NCBI GenBank assembly: GCA_963674965.2
Contig: CAXXFL010000007.1
Coordinates: 288,001 to 352,000 of the forward strand
DNA length: 64,000 nucleotides
Origin: a bacterium
GTDB taxonomy: Bacteria; RBG-13-61-14; DATKZS01
Direction of reading: 5' to 3'
In this document: positions 10,098 through 19,899 of the stretch, in pieces
Layout of the letters: every line of letters starts with the position of its first letter
Numbering within the stretch: the first letter of the stretch is position 1
Position numbers and translations under genes: made by a program
Notes under the pieces: model-generated
Seen by the model: the letters and a program-made list of their open reading frames with translations, nothing else
Database searches by the model: none
Told to the model about the DNA's origin: nothing

Positions 10098-12001
10098 GCC
10101 CTCCGAGCGTAGATAATCCATTCCACCGCCAGAACCATGAGCGCGATCAATAGAAGCGCTCGCCAATACTCGCGGTTTCTCGTCAACTTGGCGGAAGTCG
10201 CGGCCCGCTCTCCTCTCCCGACGGATATCGAGTCCGCCGGCCCCAGGTCGCTCTCGTTCTTATCGAGAAGGCTCACCGCGAAACTCTCGAGGCGTCCTCC
10301 ATAGTCGGCCACGTAAACGCCCGCCATATCCGTGTCCCCGAAGTACACCGGACGGGTTGGATCGAGAACCACCTTCTCGGCGCCGCCGTCCGGCTTCGTG
10401 ACGACGGCCGACTCGGCGCCCGGCTCGAACAAGGGAAGAGGAGAGCCGGTCTTGAGCGTCGTCTTTATCTCCGCCGATTCACCCGGGGCCCAGTTGAGCA
10501 GGTTCTGCACGAACACGGGAAAGGACAGGCGCAGCGGCCAGTCCGACTGGGCCAGGTCGAAGGCGACCACCACTATCCTTCGCTCTCCTTCCGACGCGTC
10601 AAGAAGCAGCGGACCCTCCCTCGAGGAAATCAGCTCGACGCTTCCCTCCCGGGCCACGAGCTTCATGGCCTTCATCACCGTAAGGTTGGTCGGGTTCACG
10701 AACCTGGTGAGCGGATGATCGGGATCGGCCGCCAGCGCCGGGGGCCTGGATATCTCGCCCGCCCTCGAAACTCCCCGCGCGGGTGGGACGGCGTTGATAA
10801 ACAACATGCCTCCCTTTTCGGGCAAGGTTTGCGGGGCCCATCCATCGAACACGATCAGGTCGTAATCGCCCGGCTCCATGAACCGGTAATTCGAGGTCGT
10901 GGCGAAACCAAGCTCGACCCTTTTATCAAGGCTGAGGGCGCGTCTAATAAAGTAGGCGCCCGTCGAGTCGTCCGAGGCCACCAGCAGGACCCGGATTTTC
11001 TCCGACGGCGAAAGCGTCGTCCAGGCCGCGTTGTCCGAGGCCAGGGCGTCGGTCACGTCGAGCTCGGCCCGCATAGTCTCCACCCCCAGGTCGGGCAGGG
11101 AATATATGAAGTCCTCGGACGCCCCGGGCCCGACCTCGATCTCGGAGACCGATAAGAGGCCTTCCCCCGCGTAAAGCGACAAGGCGGTTTCGAGCGTCGT
11201 CCCGCCGCCGTTGAAAACGGTGACAAGCGCCTGCCGCTCTCCCCGGCCCTCGGGGGGCGATCGGACGGAGAAGGCCGTGATGCCCGCGTTGTCCGAGGTC
11301 CGTCCCACTTTTAAATACCTGAGACGAGACGTAAGCTCGCCAAGCGACTCCTCGTCCTCGATCCCGCCGTCGCTTATCAGGATGACCTCGAGGTCGGAAA
11401 CCACGCTGGGAACGTCCGGATTGTCGGGAGAAAGGGAGCGGACTATCTGCACCGCCTCCTTGATGGACGTCCGGGCGTCGGTCGGCTCGATGGAAGCGAT
11501 CGCCTCCCGGAGACGGGAGAGATCGTCCGTCAGCTCGCACGGTACCTCGGAGCGGTCGGCGAAGGAGATGAGCATTAACTTGTCGCCCTTTACGGCCCGG
11601 TTGACCACGTCGGTGGCCATGGCCTTGGCCATTTCCAATCTGGTACCGTTTTCCTCGGCCGCGCTCATGCTGGCGGACCGGTCGATGAGAATGCAAGCCC
11701 TCGAGCCGGGCGCGCCCTCGGACTCCAGGTAGGGCCGGGAAAGGGCCGCCACCGCCAAGAGTAGCGCCAGTATCTGGAGAAAAAGGAGGAGGTTCCTTTT
11801 CAGTTTCTGGAAGGGAGCGTTGGCGCTCATGTCCTCCAGGCTCCTCAGCCAGAGCATGGTGCTCGAGATTATTACCTCCGTGCGCCGCAGCTTGAGAAGA
11901 TAAAGCAAGATCACCACCGGTATGGCGGCCAGGAAACCGAGGAAGGCGGGCGATAAAAAAGCGCCGCTCAGAAATCCCAGGGCCGACGCGACCGGGCTCA
12001 T
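10088..12001 (-). CDS. BatA N-terminal + VWA domain membrane protein
   Basis: BatA-type N-terminus (LAAIPVVILLYLLKLRR...SSTMLW), MIDAS DRSASM, C-terminal TM ending EW. Start ATG 12001 overlaps the DUF58 stop. Confidence 0.88.
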   Translation of the reverse strand: MSPVASALGFLSGAFLSPAFLGFLAAIPVVILLYLLKLRRTEVIISSTMLWLRSLEDMSANAPFQKLKRNLLLFLQILALLLAVAALSRPYLESEGAPGSRACILIDRSASMSAAEENGTRLEMAKAMATDVVNRAVKGDKLMLISFADRSEVPCELTDDLSRLREAIASIEPTDARTSIKEAVQIVRSLSPDNPDVPSVVSDLEVILISDGGIEDEESLGELTSRLRYLKVGRTSDNAGITAFSVRSPPEGRGERQALVTVFNGGGTTLETALSLYAGEGLLSVSEIEVGPGASEDFIYSLPDLGVETMRAELDVTDALASDNAAWTTLSPSEKIRVLLVASDDSTGAYFIRRALSLDKRVELGFATTSNYRFMEPGDYDLIVFDGWAPQTLPEKGGMLFINAVPPARGVSRAGEISRPPALAADPDHPLTRFVNPTNLTVMKAMKLVAREGSVELISSREGPLLLDASEGERRIVVVAFDLAQSDWPLRLSFPVFVQNLLNWAPGESAEIKTTLKTGSPLPLFEPGAESAVVTKPDGGAEKVVLDPTRPVYFGDTDMAGVYVADYGGRLESFAVSLLDKNESDLGPADSISVGRGERAATSAKLTRNREYWRALLLIALMVLAVEWIIYARRAWI

Positions 12002-12891
12002 TTTATGGCCCCGCTTTTTCTGAGCACGCCCAAGGTCAGCGACTCGACCGAGTCGCCGCTCGAGACGAAGTGGTATCCCACTCCCCGCGCCATGCAGCGG
12101 GCCCGGACCGACCGTCGAAATTCCTCGAGACGGCGGGCGTAGGTCTTCAAGAGCCCCCGGCTGGCCGAGACCTCGGTCGCGTCTCCCGTCTCGCAGTCGA
12201 TCAATTTGAGGTCGCCCGAAATTCCCGGCTCGATTTCCTCGGGCGCGAGAACGTGGATAAGGTGGACGTCGGCGTCGGGACGAGCGAGCCACTTGATCGC
12301 CTCCCGGCCCTCTCCCTCCTCGAGCACGTCGGAAATAAGCACCGTCACTCCCCTGCCTCCCGTCCTGGCCACGTGAGACCGGCACCCCTCCTCGAGGCCG
12401 CCGGCCCCGCCGTCCTTGATCGACTCGAGGAAGGCGAAGAGCCGGGCCGCGTTTCTCTTGCCCATGGCGGGCGGCATATATTCCGACCGTCCGCCCTGGA
12501 TGGAAAAGGCCGTGACCCTGTCGTGGCCCGCCAGGCCCACGTAGCCGATGGCCGCCGCCAGTCGCCGGGCGAAGTCGAGCTTGGTCGGGTCTCCGAAACC
12601 CATCGAGGCGCTGGCGTCGATTAACAGGTGCAGCGTCAGGTCCTCCTGGTCCTCGAAAAGCTTGAGGTACAAGGAGTCGAGACGGGCGTAGGCGTTCCAG
12701 TCGACTCTTCTCAAGTCGTCTCCCTGCGCGTAGTCACGATAATCGGCGAACTCGAGGCTCGAGCCCCTCTTCCTGCTCCGCCGCTCGCCCTTGGTCCTTC
12801 CCGCCCTCGCCTTTTTGGCGGCCACGGAGAGCCGCTCGAGTCTGGCTATAAACTCGGGATCGAGCAGGCCCCTGTCCGTCCTGGTCTTCAT
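11998..12891 (-). CDS. DUF58 domain protein
   Basis: EFADYRDYAQGDDLRRVDWNAYAR and LLIDASASM; directly downstream of moxR. Confidence 0.92.
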   Translation of the reverse strand: MKTRTDRGLLDPEFIARLERLSVAAKKARAGRTKGERRSRKRGSSLEFADYRDYAQGDDLRRVDWNAYARLDSLYLKLFEDQEDLTLHLLIDASASMGFGDPTKLDFARRLAAAIGYVGLAGHDRVTAFSIQGGRSEYMPPAMGKRNAARLFAFLESIKDGGAGGLEEGCRSHVARTGGRGVTVLISDVLEEGEGREAIKWLARPDADVHLIHVLAPEEIEPGISGDLKLIDCETGDATEVSASRGLLKTYARRLEEFRRSVRARCMARGVGYHFVSSGDSVESLTLGVLRKSGAIK

Positions 12892-12928
12892 CGATTTCCT
12901 TTCCTCTCCATCGGCGTTTCCTTGCGCG

Positions 12929-13918
12929 CTATTTCGCCGGCTTGCCAACGCCGGACAGAACGTCACGGACGAGCGCGTCGGCGGTCACGCCTTCCGCCTC
13001 GCCCTCGAAGTTCATAAGTACCCGGTGCCGCAGCGCCGGCAAGGCCGCGCCGGCCACGTCGTCGAAAGCCGCGTTATAACGCCCGTCCCGCAGCGCCGCC
13101 ACCTTTGCCGCCAGGATAAGGGCCTGGGCCCCTCTCGGGCTGGAGCCGAACCTGGCGTACTTTTTCACCGACTCCGGGGCCGTCTCGTCGCCGGGCCGCG
13201 TGGCCATGACCAATCTCACCGCGTACTCCGTTACCTTCGGGGCCACCACCACGTCGCGGACGAACCTCTGCCACTTCAATATGGCCTCGCCGTCCATCAC
13301 CCTGGCCGCCTTGGGCTGGACGCTCGAGGTGGTCCTATCAAGTATGGCCGCCAGTTCATCGCCGCTGGGATACTCGATCAGCAGCTTGAAGAAAAACCGG
13401 TCAAGCTGGGCCTCGGGAAGCGGATATGTGCCCTCCATCTCGATGGGGTTCTGCGTGGCCAAAACGAAAAAAGGGTCCGAAAGGCGGTGAACCTCGCGGG
13501 CAACGCTTACCGTGCGCTCCTGCATGGCCTCGAGCAGGGCCGACTGGGTCTTGGGCGTGGCGCGGTTAATCTCGTCGGCCAGGATCACGCTCGAGAAAAT
13601 GGGACCTGCCCTGAAGCGTAGGTCACGCCTTCCGGTCTCGTCCTCCACCACCATGTTGGTCCCGATGATATCGGCGGGCATCAGGTCGGGAGTGAACTGG
13701 ATTCTGGAAAAGGGAAGGTCCAGCGCGTCGGCCAGGGACCGTATCAAAAGGGTCTTGCCAAGGCCCGGCACGCCCTCCAGCAAACAATGGCCGCCGGCGA
13801 AGAGGCAGGTCAAGAGTCCGTCCACCACGGTCTCGGCCCCCACGATCACCTTGCCCAGTTCCGTTCTCACCGACTGGAAAGCCTCCCTGAACTCCTCCGC
13901 CATTCTTTCCGTCTCCAT
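12929..13918 (-). CDS. moxR: MoxR-family AAA+ ATPase
   Basis: LEGVPGLGKT, RIQFTPDLMPAD, LADEINRATPKTQSALLEAM, EGTYPLPEAQLDRF. Confidence 0.96.
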   Translation of the reverse strand: METERMAEEFREAFQSVRTELGKVIVGAETVVDGLLTCLFAGGHCLLEGVPGLGKTLLIRSLADALDLPFSRIQFTPDLMPADIIGTNMVVEDETGRRDLRFRAGPIFSSVILADEINRATPKTQSALLEAMQERTVSVAREVHRLSDPFFVLATQNPIEMEGTYPLPEAQLDRFFFKLLIEYPSGDELAAILDRTTSSVQPKAARVMDGEAILKWQRFVRDVVVAPKVTEYAVRLVMATRPGDETAPESVKKYARFGSSPRGAQALILAAKVAALRDGRYNAAFDDVAGAALPALRHRVLMNFEGEAEGVTADALVRDVLSGVGKPAK

Positions 13919-13920
13919 GA

Positions 13921-16857
13921 CTATTCCTCCTTTTTTCCGCCGCCGGGCTTGGATCGCTTTTCCCGATCGGCGGCCCGCTTTTTCGCCTCGAGCAACTTGC
14001 TCGTGTACTCGGTCTTGCCCAGAGCCGGGCCCGAGGGTCTTTCCGCTTGTTCCTTATCCGAGGGTCCCTTAGTTTCTACCGCTCCGGGTCCGATCGTCTT
14101 TTGGACCATCGGCGTCTCCCGCTCCTTGCCGAACTCTCGAGAAGCGTCGCCCGCTGCCTCATAAGTCCCGGTGGCCCGATCGGCCCGCTCCTTACGCCAA
14201 CCTCTCGCGAGCCCTCCCACTACGGGAGCCCTCTCGAGGGAGGCGAGGATTTCCCCAGGCCCGATCCTGACTCTCCGCAAAAATATCTCGACCGGCAACA
14301 TCAACACGGCCAGCGACGCCAGGTATTGCCAGATGGGCGTCACGCCGGGCGTGGCTATAAGGTCATGGACAAAGGGGGAGTCTCCCTTCTCGAGCACCCT
14401 TCCGCCGCCGGCCGCGGCGATCTTCTCGAGGTTGGCGCCATTGGTCGAGACGTACTCGTACTCCCTCGAGTAGCCCGCGGCGAGCCCGGTGGTCAAGGTC
14501 GAGACGTTCCCCTCTTGATTCTGGTAGGCCAGGTTGATCATATAGGCGCCGGTGGACTCGACGGGGAAGGCGGCCTCATAGACGCCGGGCCTGGTCTGAG
14601 ACAACTGGAGCGACGTTCTTTTATACTCCGGACCCGGACCGGTAACGACGGCCTTGGGCTTCAAATAGTTCACGAACTTGCCTTGCTCGTCCACGGCGTC
14701 CACTCTTACGTGGCCCACCCCGTCCTTGATGAAGGACTCGACGCTGAAGTCGGCCCGCGAGGAGTCCCGCATGACGTAGCGGACCGCGCGGGTCCAGAAC
14801 AGCCCGAAGTCCTCCCACCCCAGCCAGTCGGCGGCCCAGCGGCCGGTGGCGTCGGAGGTAAAGGCCACCGACTTGCCCAACCCGTAGCGCCAGTGGGCCA
14901 ATATGGGGTCCTTTTCGTCCGAGACGAGGGGAACCGTTGCGTTCTCCTTGGCCGTGGTTATCACGTAGCCTCTCAAACTCGGCATCGAGTCGAGGTCCAA
15001 GTCGGCTATCAATTCCGAGCCGTGATTGGGCGCGGGCTTGAAAACCCTCTCCTGGATCACGCCCCTTTTCACCACCGAGGCCTCCTTGGCGTAGATGAGG
15101 GGAAGGTTGTTGGCGTTGTTCACGAAGTAATAATTCCCGCCGGTCTTCTCGGCGATGGAGCGAAGCATCTTCTGGTCGCTCATGCCGTGGGGCGCGATAC
15201 AAACGGCGCTTACCGAGATTTTCGCCTCGTTCATTTTCTCCAGGATTCGGGGATCGGGGGCGGCCGGGTCGCCGTCCGAGATAATGACCACCCTCTTAAC
15301 GGCGGCGTCGACCTTGGCCAGAGCCGTGTAGGCCATCCCCAAAGTGGGAGTCACGTCGGGCATGTCCCCTATCGCGGCCGAGCCCTCGATGATGGCCTTC
15401 CTCATCTCCACCTTGTCCCGAACCGGCTGTATCTCGAATATCCACTGGTCTCCCGATTTCAGCGAGCCGGGATTATACATATAGCCGGACATGCCCATCA
15501 GGTCCTGGGCGGAAAGAACGTTGAGAGCGGCCAGCCCGATCTCCCTGGCCCAGGCGTTCCCGCTCGGTATCTCGCAGGTGTGCATGATAAGGACGAGGGC
15601 GCCCTTGGGCAGGGTCTTTCTTCTTTGAATGTCCATGTCCACGGGAAGGGCCTTCTCGATGGGGGAGCCAAGGTATCCGCCGGCCCCGAAGCTGTTGGGA
15701 CCTCCCACCGCCACCAGGCCGACGCCCAGGTCCCTCACGGCGACCTCGATGGCCGCGTGTTGAGAGGCGTCCAACTCGTTGGCCGCCACGTCCGAAAGTA
15801 TTATGGCGTCGAAGGCCTGGAGGTGGGCCAGGTCGGAGGGGACCTCAGCCGGCGCGGCGCGGACCAGTTTGACGCCCTCCCGCGTGAGGACCTTGTCCAC
15901 TCGTCCTCCCCTGGACTCGTCCACCTCGACGTAAAGGACCTGGGGTTCGCCCCGCGCCACCGTAAAGGCCCGGCCCTGGTTATTGGCCTTGACCTTGTCC
16001 GAGTCCGTCTCGACTATTACCTCGTACTCGTAGAAGCCGGTCCCCTTCAGTTCCTGGGTGAGAAGGAACACGTTGTCTCCCTTTTGCAGGGTGACTCGGC
16101 GGGGACTGAGCATCCTTCTCCCGGTGGACGTCCGCTGAAAAACGCGAATCGTGGCCTCGCAGTCTCGACTGGAGCGGACCGTGACCCGAAGCTGGAACGG
16201 CTCTCCGATGGAGGCGGCGCCGGGGGCGTAGACCTCCCTGACCATCACCTCCGGTCCTTCCTCGAGGTAGACGGGCACGACGTCTACCACCGCGCCGGCG
16301 GCCCTGGCGGCCTTGGCCTCCTCCACCGCCGAGCCGATGGTTTCATTGCCGTCGGAAACAAGGACCACCCGCCTCATGTACCCTTGCGGAAAGGCGGCCA
16401 TGGCCAGGCGGATGGCCTGGGCCGCGTTCGTGTTCTCGCCTCCCACGAAGGACCGGATCGCGCCGAAGTTCATTTTCGGGGCCACGCCCAGCTCGATGCT
16501 CGAGTCCTCGCCGAAGACTATTATCCCAGCCTCGTCCCGCGAGGAGGCGCGCTCCTTGAAGACGCTCTTCACCCACTCGACCTGAGACTCGCGAGCGCGC
16601 TCGGGCACGCTGTCGCTCCCGTCGAGCAAAAAGAACACGGCGAGGCGGTCGCTTCGTTTCACCACCTCCGCCCCGGCGAGGGCCGAAATGATAAATAGAA
16701 AAATAAGCGACCGGATAGAGATAACGGACCATTTGCGGGATCGGGAAAGAGTACGTATCTTGGACCCGGTCCATATCACCGCGGGCAAAAGAAAGAGAAG
16801 AAGGAGGAACCAGGGGAACGAGAAGCGAAGGGAAGTACTTAAGGCGGCAAGGACCAT
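13921..16857 (-). CDS. Membrane protein with VWA, Ig-like, GATase-like and a second VWA-like domain (978 aa)
   Basis: Two N-terminal TM helices, MIDAS LDGSDS, VLVSDG, GLVAVGGPNSFGAGGY, PILAHWRYGLGKSVAFTSD, C-terminal TM. Confidence 0.85.
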   Translation of the reverse strand: MVLAALSTSLRFSFPWFLLLLFLLPAVIWTGSKIRTLSRSRKWSVISIRSLIFLFIISALAGAEVVKRSDRLAVFFLLDGSDSVPERARESQVEWVKSVFKERASSRDEAGIIVFGEDSSIELGVAPKMNFGAIRSFVGGENTNAAQAIRLAMAAFPQGYMRRVVLVSDGNETIGSAVEEAKAARAAGAVVDVVPVYLEEGPEVMVREVYAPGAASIGEPFQLRVTVRSSRDCEATIRVFQRTSTGRRMLSPRRVTLQKGDNVFLLTQELKGTGFYEYEVIVETDSDKVKANNQGRAFTVARGEPQVLYVEVDESRGGRVDKVLTREGVKLVRAAPAEVPSDLAHLQAFDAIILSDVAANELDASQHAAIEVAVRDLGVGLVAVGGPNSFGAGGYLGSPIEKALPVDMDIQRRKTLPKGALVLIMHTCEIPSGNAWAREIGLAALNVLSAQDLMGMSGYMYNPGSLKSGDQWIFEIQPVRDKVEMRKAIIEGSAAIGDMPDVTPTLGMAYTALAKVDAAVKRVVIISDGDPAAPDPRILEKMNEAKISVSAVCIAPHGMSDQKMLRSIAEKTGGNYYFVNNANNLPLIYAKEASVVKRGVIQERVFKPAPNHGSELIADLDLDSMPSLRGYVITTAKENATVPLVSDEKDPILAHWRYGLGKSVAFTSDATGRWAADWLGWEDFGLFWTRAVRYVMRDSSRADFSVESFIKDGVGHVRVDAVDEQGKFVNYLKPKAVVTGPGPEYKRTSLQLSQTRPGVYEAAFPVESTGAYMINLAYQNQEGNVSTLTTGLAAGYSREYEYVSTNGANLEKIAAAGGGRVLEKGDSPFVHDLIATPGVTPIWQYLASLAVLMLPVEIFLRRVRIGPGEILASLERAPVVGGLARGWRKERADRATGTYEAAGDASREFGKERETPMVQKTIGPGAVETKGPSDKEQAERPSGPALGKTEYTSKLLEAKKRAADREKRSKPGGGKKEE

Positions 16858-17828
16858 TAAAGCGCCTCCACCTTGAAATACTGCACGCGATGGTTATCGG
16901 TGTCGGCCACGTAAACCACGTTTTCCTCCGAGACCGCCACTCCCCTTGGTCCGTTGAACTCACCGGGGCCTCGACCGGGAGAGCCGTAGGAGGCGATGAA
17001 ATCCCCCTTGGGCCCAAACCGCGAGACGCGATGGGACCCGTACTCGCAAACGCAAACCGTTCCATCAGGGCCAATGGACAGGTCGTGGGGGAACCTCAAT
17101 TTGCCCTCGCCCTCACCCGGGCCTCCCATTATCCGAATCAACTCTCCATTTTCGGTGAACGCCTGGACGCGATGATTGGCCGTGTCCACCACCAGGATGG
17201 TCCCGTCCCCGGCGCGGCCGATGGCCATGGCGCGGTTAAGCTTTCCCGGGTCCGAGCCGTGTGCCCCCCATTGGAGGATTTGTTTCCTGTCAGGGCCGAA
17301 GGAGCGCACTCTTTCCGCGCCCACGCCGTACTCGGAGATAAAAAGCTTACCGTCAGGGGCCTGGACGACTCCGGTAGGGTAAACGAACTGATCGGGACCG
17401 TCGCCGTATTCACCCCACGAGAGAAGAAGCTCGCCCGAGGCGGAATACTCGAGCACGCGGCTGTAATGAGTATCGGGAATTAAAAATGCCCCGTCGAGCC
17501 GGAAGGATATGGCGGTTGGGGTCCCCAGCTCGGACTCGGGCAGCATGAAGCCGGAAAGATATTTTCCATCGCCGTCAAAGGTCTGGAACCTTCCCGAGGT
17601 GTCGATGACGTGGACAAGACCGTTCCTTGCCGCTATGGCCCGGGGCCGTAAAAAGGACCCATCCCGGAGGCCCCTTTCCCCAAAAAAGGAAAAGCCGTCC
17701 TTTGCGTCCCCTTTGCAGCGAACGCCTAAAAGGGCTGAAGCCGTCAACGCCAGAAAGTCCCTTCTTCCCACCGACAGCGGGAAATGGTTTTCTCCTATTC
17801 TATTACGCGCTCTGTCTGGATTCTTCAT
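16857..17828 (-). CDS. NHL-repeat beta-propeller protein, probable Tat lipoprotein
   Basis: GRRDFL twin-arginine motif, LLGVRC, six NHL repeats (e.g. FNGPRGVAV...VYVADTDNHRVQ). Confidence 0.88.
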   Translation of the reverse strand: MKNPDRARNRIGENHFPLSVGRRDFLALTASALLGVRCKGDAKDGFSFFGERGLRDGSFLRPRAIAARNGLVHVIDTSGRFQTFDGDGKYLSGFMLPESELGTPTAISFRLDGAFLIPDTHYSRVLEYSASGELLLSWGEYGDGPDQFVYPTGVVQAPDGKLFISEYGVGAERVRSFGPDRKQILQWGAHGSDPGKLNRAMAIGRAGDGTILVVDTANHRVQAFTENGELIRIMGGPGEGEGKLRFPHDLSIGPDGTVCVCEYGSHRVSRFGPKGDFIASYGSPGRGPGEFNGPRGVAVSEENVVYVADTDNHRVQYFKVEAL

Positions 17829-17872
17829 GCTCTTATTGGCGCGTCCATTCCTTATCGGCGGCCGGGCTCGCG

Positions 17873-19507
17873 CTATCGAGCGTCGTTCCCGTCCGGCTCG
17901 AGCGACCTGAAATATTCCCTTACGAACTCTTTGGACTCCGCCGGTATCTCCTCGTGTATCAAGGCGTTCTCGGCGTCGCGCTGAACCTCGGTAATAACTC
18001 CCTCCACGAACTCGACGGTCGGGCCGGCTCCCTCGTCCGGGGCCGCTTTTTCCACGATCGTGGCCAGAATTTTTCCCTTGGTGGTGGGCCCGGGCAAGAC
18101 GGAGCGACTGAAGCCGGCCTCGACCTCGGGCAGTTCACCGGCCCAATTCCCCTCGCCTCTTCCCTTGCCGACCATGCCCTCGCCTACTTTATCCGGGTCG
18201 TAGTCGCCCTCCTCATAGCCCCGCAACCCCGCCGCCAGGTCGGGCGGCCCGAAAAGGCCCTCGTTCACGTGAAGGCTTCCGGCGCATGACGGGCAGAGCC
18301 CGTTGGAGAATTTTTCGCCCTCCCCCGGTTTCTTGCCGCAATTCCTGCAACAGGAGGAATTTCCCATCATCTGGTTCTGGAACTGGGCCAGTTCCTTGAA
18401 GGTCTCGTCCATGTTTTTCATTTGATTGGCCGCGCTCTGGATTTGATCGAGCGACTCGGCCAAATCCTTCAAGGCCTTCGAGGAGGATGGATCGCCCGAG
18501 GACAGTGATCTTTCGGCTTTATCCAGGGCGTCGAGAAGATTCTTTCCCGTTTCCGTCTCGGCGCCGCCCATGGCCTTGGCCAACTCCTTTAAGTCTCCGA
18601 GCAGTTTCTCCTTTTCCCGGTCCGACAGTTTACCGTCCGAGAGTTTTTTCTTCATCGCCGCAAGTTTATCAAAAAAGTCCTTATAATCGCCCTCGGCCAG
18701 TGACTTGGCCATCTCTTGTCCTTGCCCCTTTTGCCCGGGCGCCGTCTGGGGCTGGGCCTTGTATTTCATCATCTCGGCCCCGGCCTCTTTCATTTCCCTG
18801 GAAATGTCCGACATCCTGGCCGCGGCCCGTTTATCGGTGATCGACGAGTCGTTAATATCCTCGGCCAGTTGGTTCAGCTTGTCCGCCAGGTCCTTGGCCT
18901 CGGGAAAATCGTCCCCCTTGGAAGGCTCGATCTTTTTGGCCATGGCCCTTAGCTTATCCACCTTTTCTTTTTTCGCCTTGGCCAGCGCTTGTGCTTTGGC
19001 TTTTTTCTCGCGGTGTTTCAAAAGATCAAGCTCGGGCATGAAATTCAGGGCCAGAATGAAAACGAGCATGATGGCTGGGGTGGCCTTGAGGGTCCACGCC
19101 GCGGTAAAGGGAAAGGCCGAGACCGGGTCGAGGTCTCTGATCGCCACCTCGGCGTCTTTTCTTTGAGCGGCGACCATGGATCCCTCGTCCAAGGCCATCT
19201 CGAGGGCGCTGGTCAGCCTCTCCTTCAGGCCCATCTCGCGGTCGGCGGCAAGGGCGGTTTGAACCAGGTCGGGACGGTCGAGAAAAGCCGATATGGCCGA
19301 CGCCAGTAAAGCGGAGGCAAAAAAGACGGCGACGGCCGGCCATGGATTGCCAAGCGCTGGAAACAACCTGGTCAAGATCAGCCAAATACACGAAAGCGCG
19401 GCGGCCGCGGCCAGCATGTTCGAGAGCCGATCAGCCCATATTCGCAGGGTCAGTCTTAGCCTCAGCCTGTTGAGTTTTTTCAGCACTAAGTTCAAATTTG
19501 TTCCCAT
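17873..19507 (-). CDS. Membrane-anchored coiled-coil protein with CxxC/CxxC motif
   Basis: Three TM helices with the ADREMGLKERLTSA loop, long K/E/A-rich helical region, CRNC...CPSC, C-terminal IPAESKEFVREYF as seen in MoxR-operon coiled-coil proteins. Confidence 0.75.
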   Translation of the reverse strand: MGTNLNLVLKKLNRLRLRLTLRIWADRLSNMLAAAAALSCIWLILTRLFPALGNPWPAVAVFFASALLASAISAFLDRPDLVQTALAADREMGLKERLTSALEMALDEGSMVAAQRKDAEVAIRDLDPVSAFPFTAAWTLKATPAIMLVFILALNFMPELDLLKHREKKAKAQALAKAKKEKVDKLRAMAKKIEPSKGDDFPEAKDLADKLNQLAEDINDSSITDKRAAARMSDISREMKEAGAEMMKYKAQPQTAPGQKGQGQEMAKSLAEGDYKDFFDKLAAMKKKLSDGKLSDREKEKLLGDLKELAKAMGGAETETGKNLLDALDKAERSLSSGDPSSSKALKDLAESLDQIQSAANQMKNMDETFKELAQFQNQMMGNSSCCRNCGKKPGEGEKFSNGLCPSCAGSLHVNEGLFGPPDLAAGLRGYEEGDYDPDKVGEGMVGKGRGEGNWAGELPEVEAGFSRSVLPGPTTKGKILATIVEKAAPDEGAGPTVEFVEGVITEVQRDAENALIHEEIPAESKEFVREYFRSLEPDGNDAR

Positions 19508-19899
19508 TAACTTCCGTCGCGACTCCTCGCGTTTATTGTCGCCAGTTTCAGATGGCGCTCATTATTGATATAACGTTTCGGGGCGTATAACGTTTTGGAC
19601 AACTTCCTCTTATTAACGTTCTCCTTAAAGCGTGGCGAAAAAATGGCGATGAAATGGATTTATCGCGTTTTTCGATCGCCTCCAGTCGATTTTAACTACA
19701 ATATCATATTTGCCGGCTCCCTGGCGCGCAAAGTCATTCGAGCGGGCGTCGATCTTTGTCTTGCTGGTTAGACGCTCGAGATATGGCATTGGATTCAGCA
19801 AGTAATAGGTGAATCCCGATTATTTAGCCAAGTCGCTCGTTGGATATCAAGTCCCAAAACGGTCTTTCTTGACTCCTGGTCCATATTGGGTTTTATTTA

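Noticed and set aside
14047-16698. 883-aa plus-strand ORF, and similar long antisense ORFs (29559-30830, 47720-49225, 54765-56228, 37758-38900, 27148-28188)
   Set aside because: They lie opposite well-supported genes in GC-rich DNA and have no motifs or RBS; shadow ORFs.
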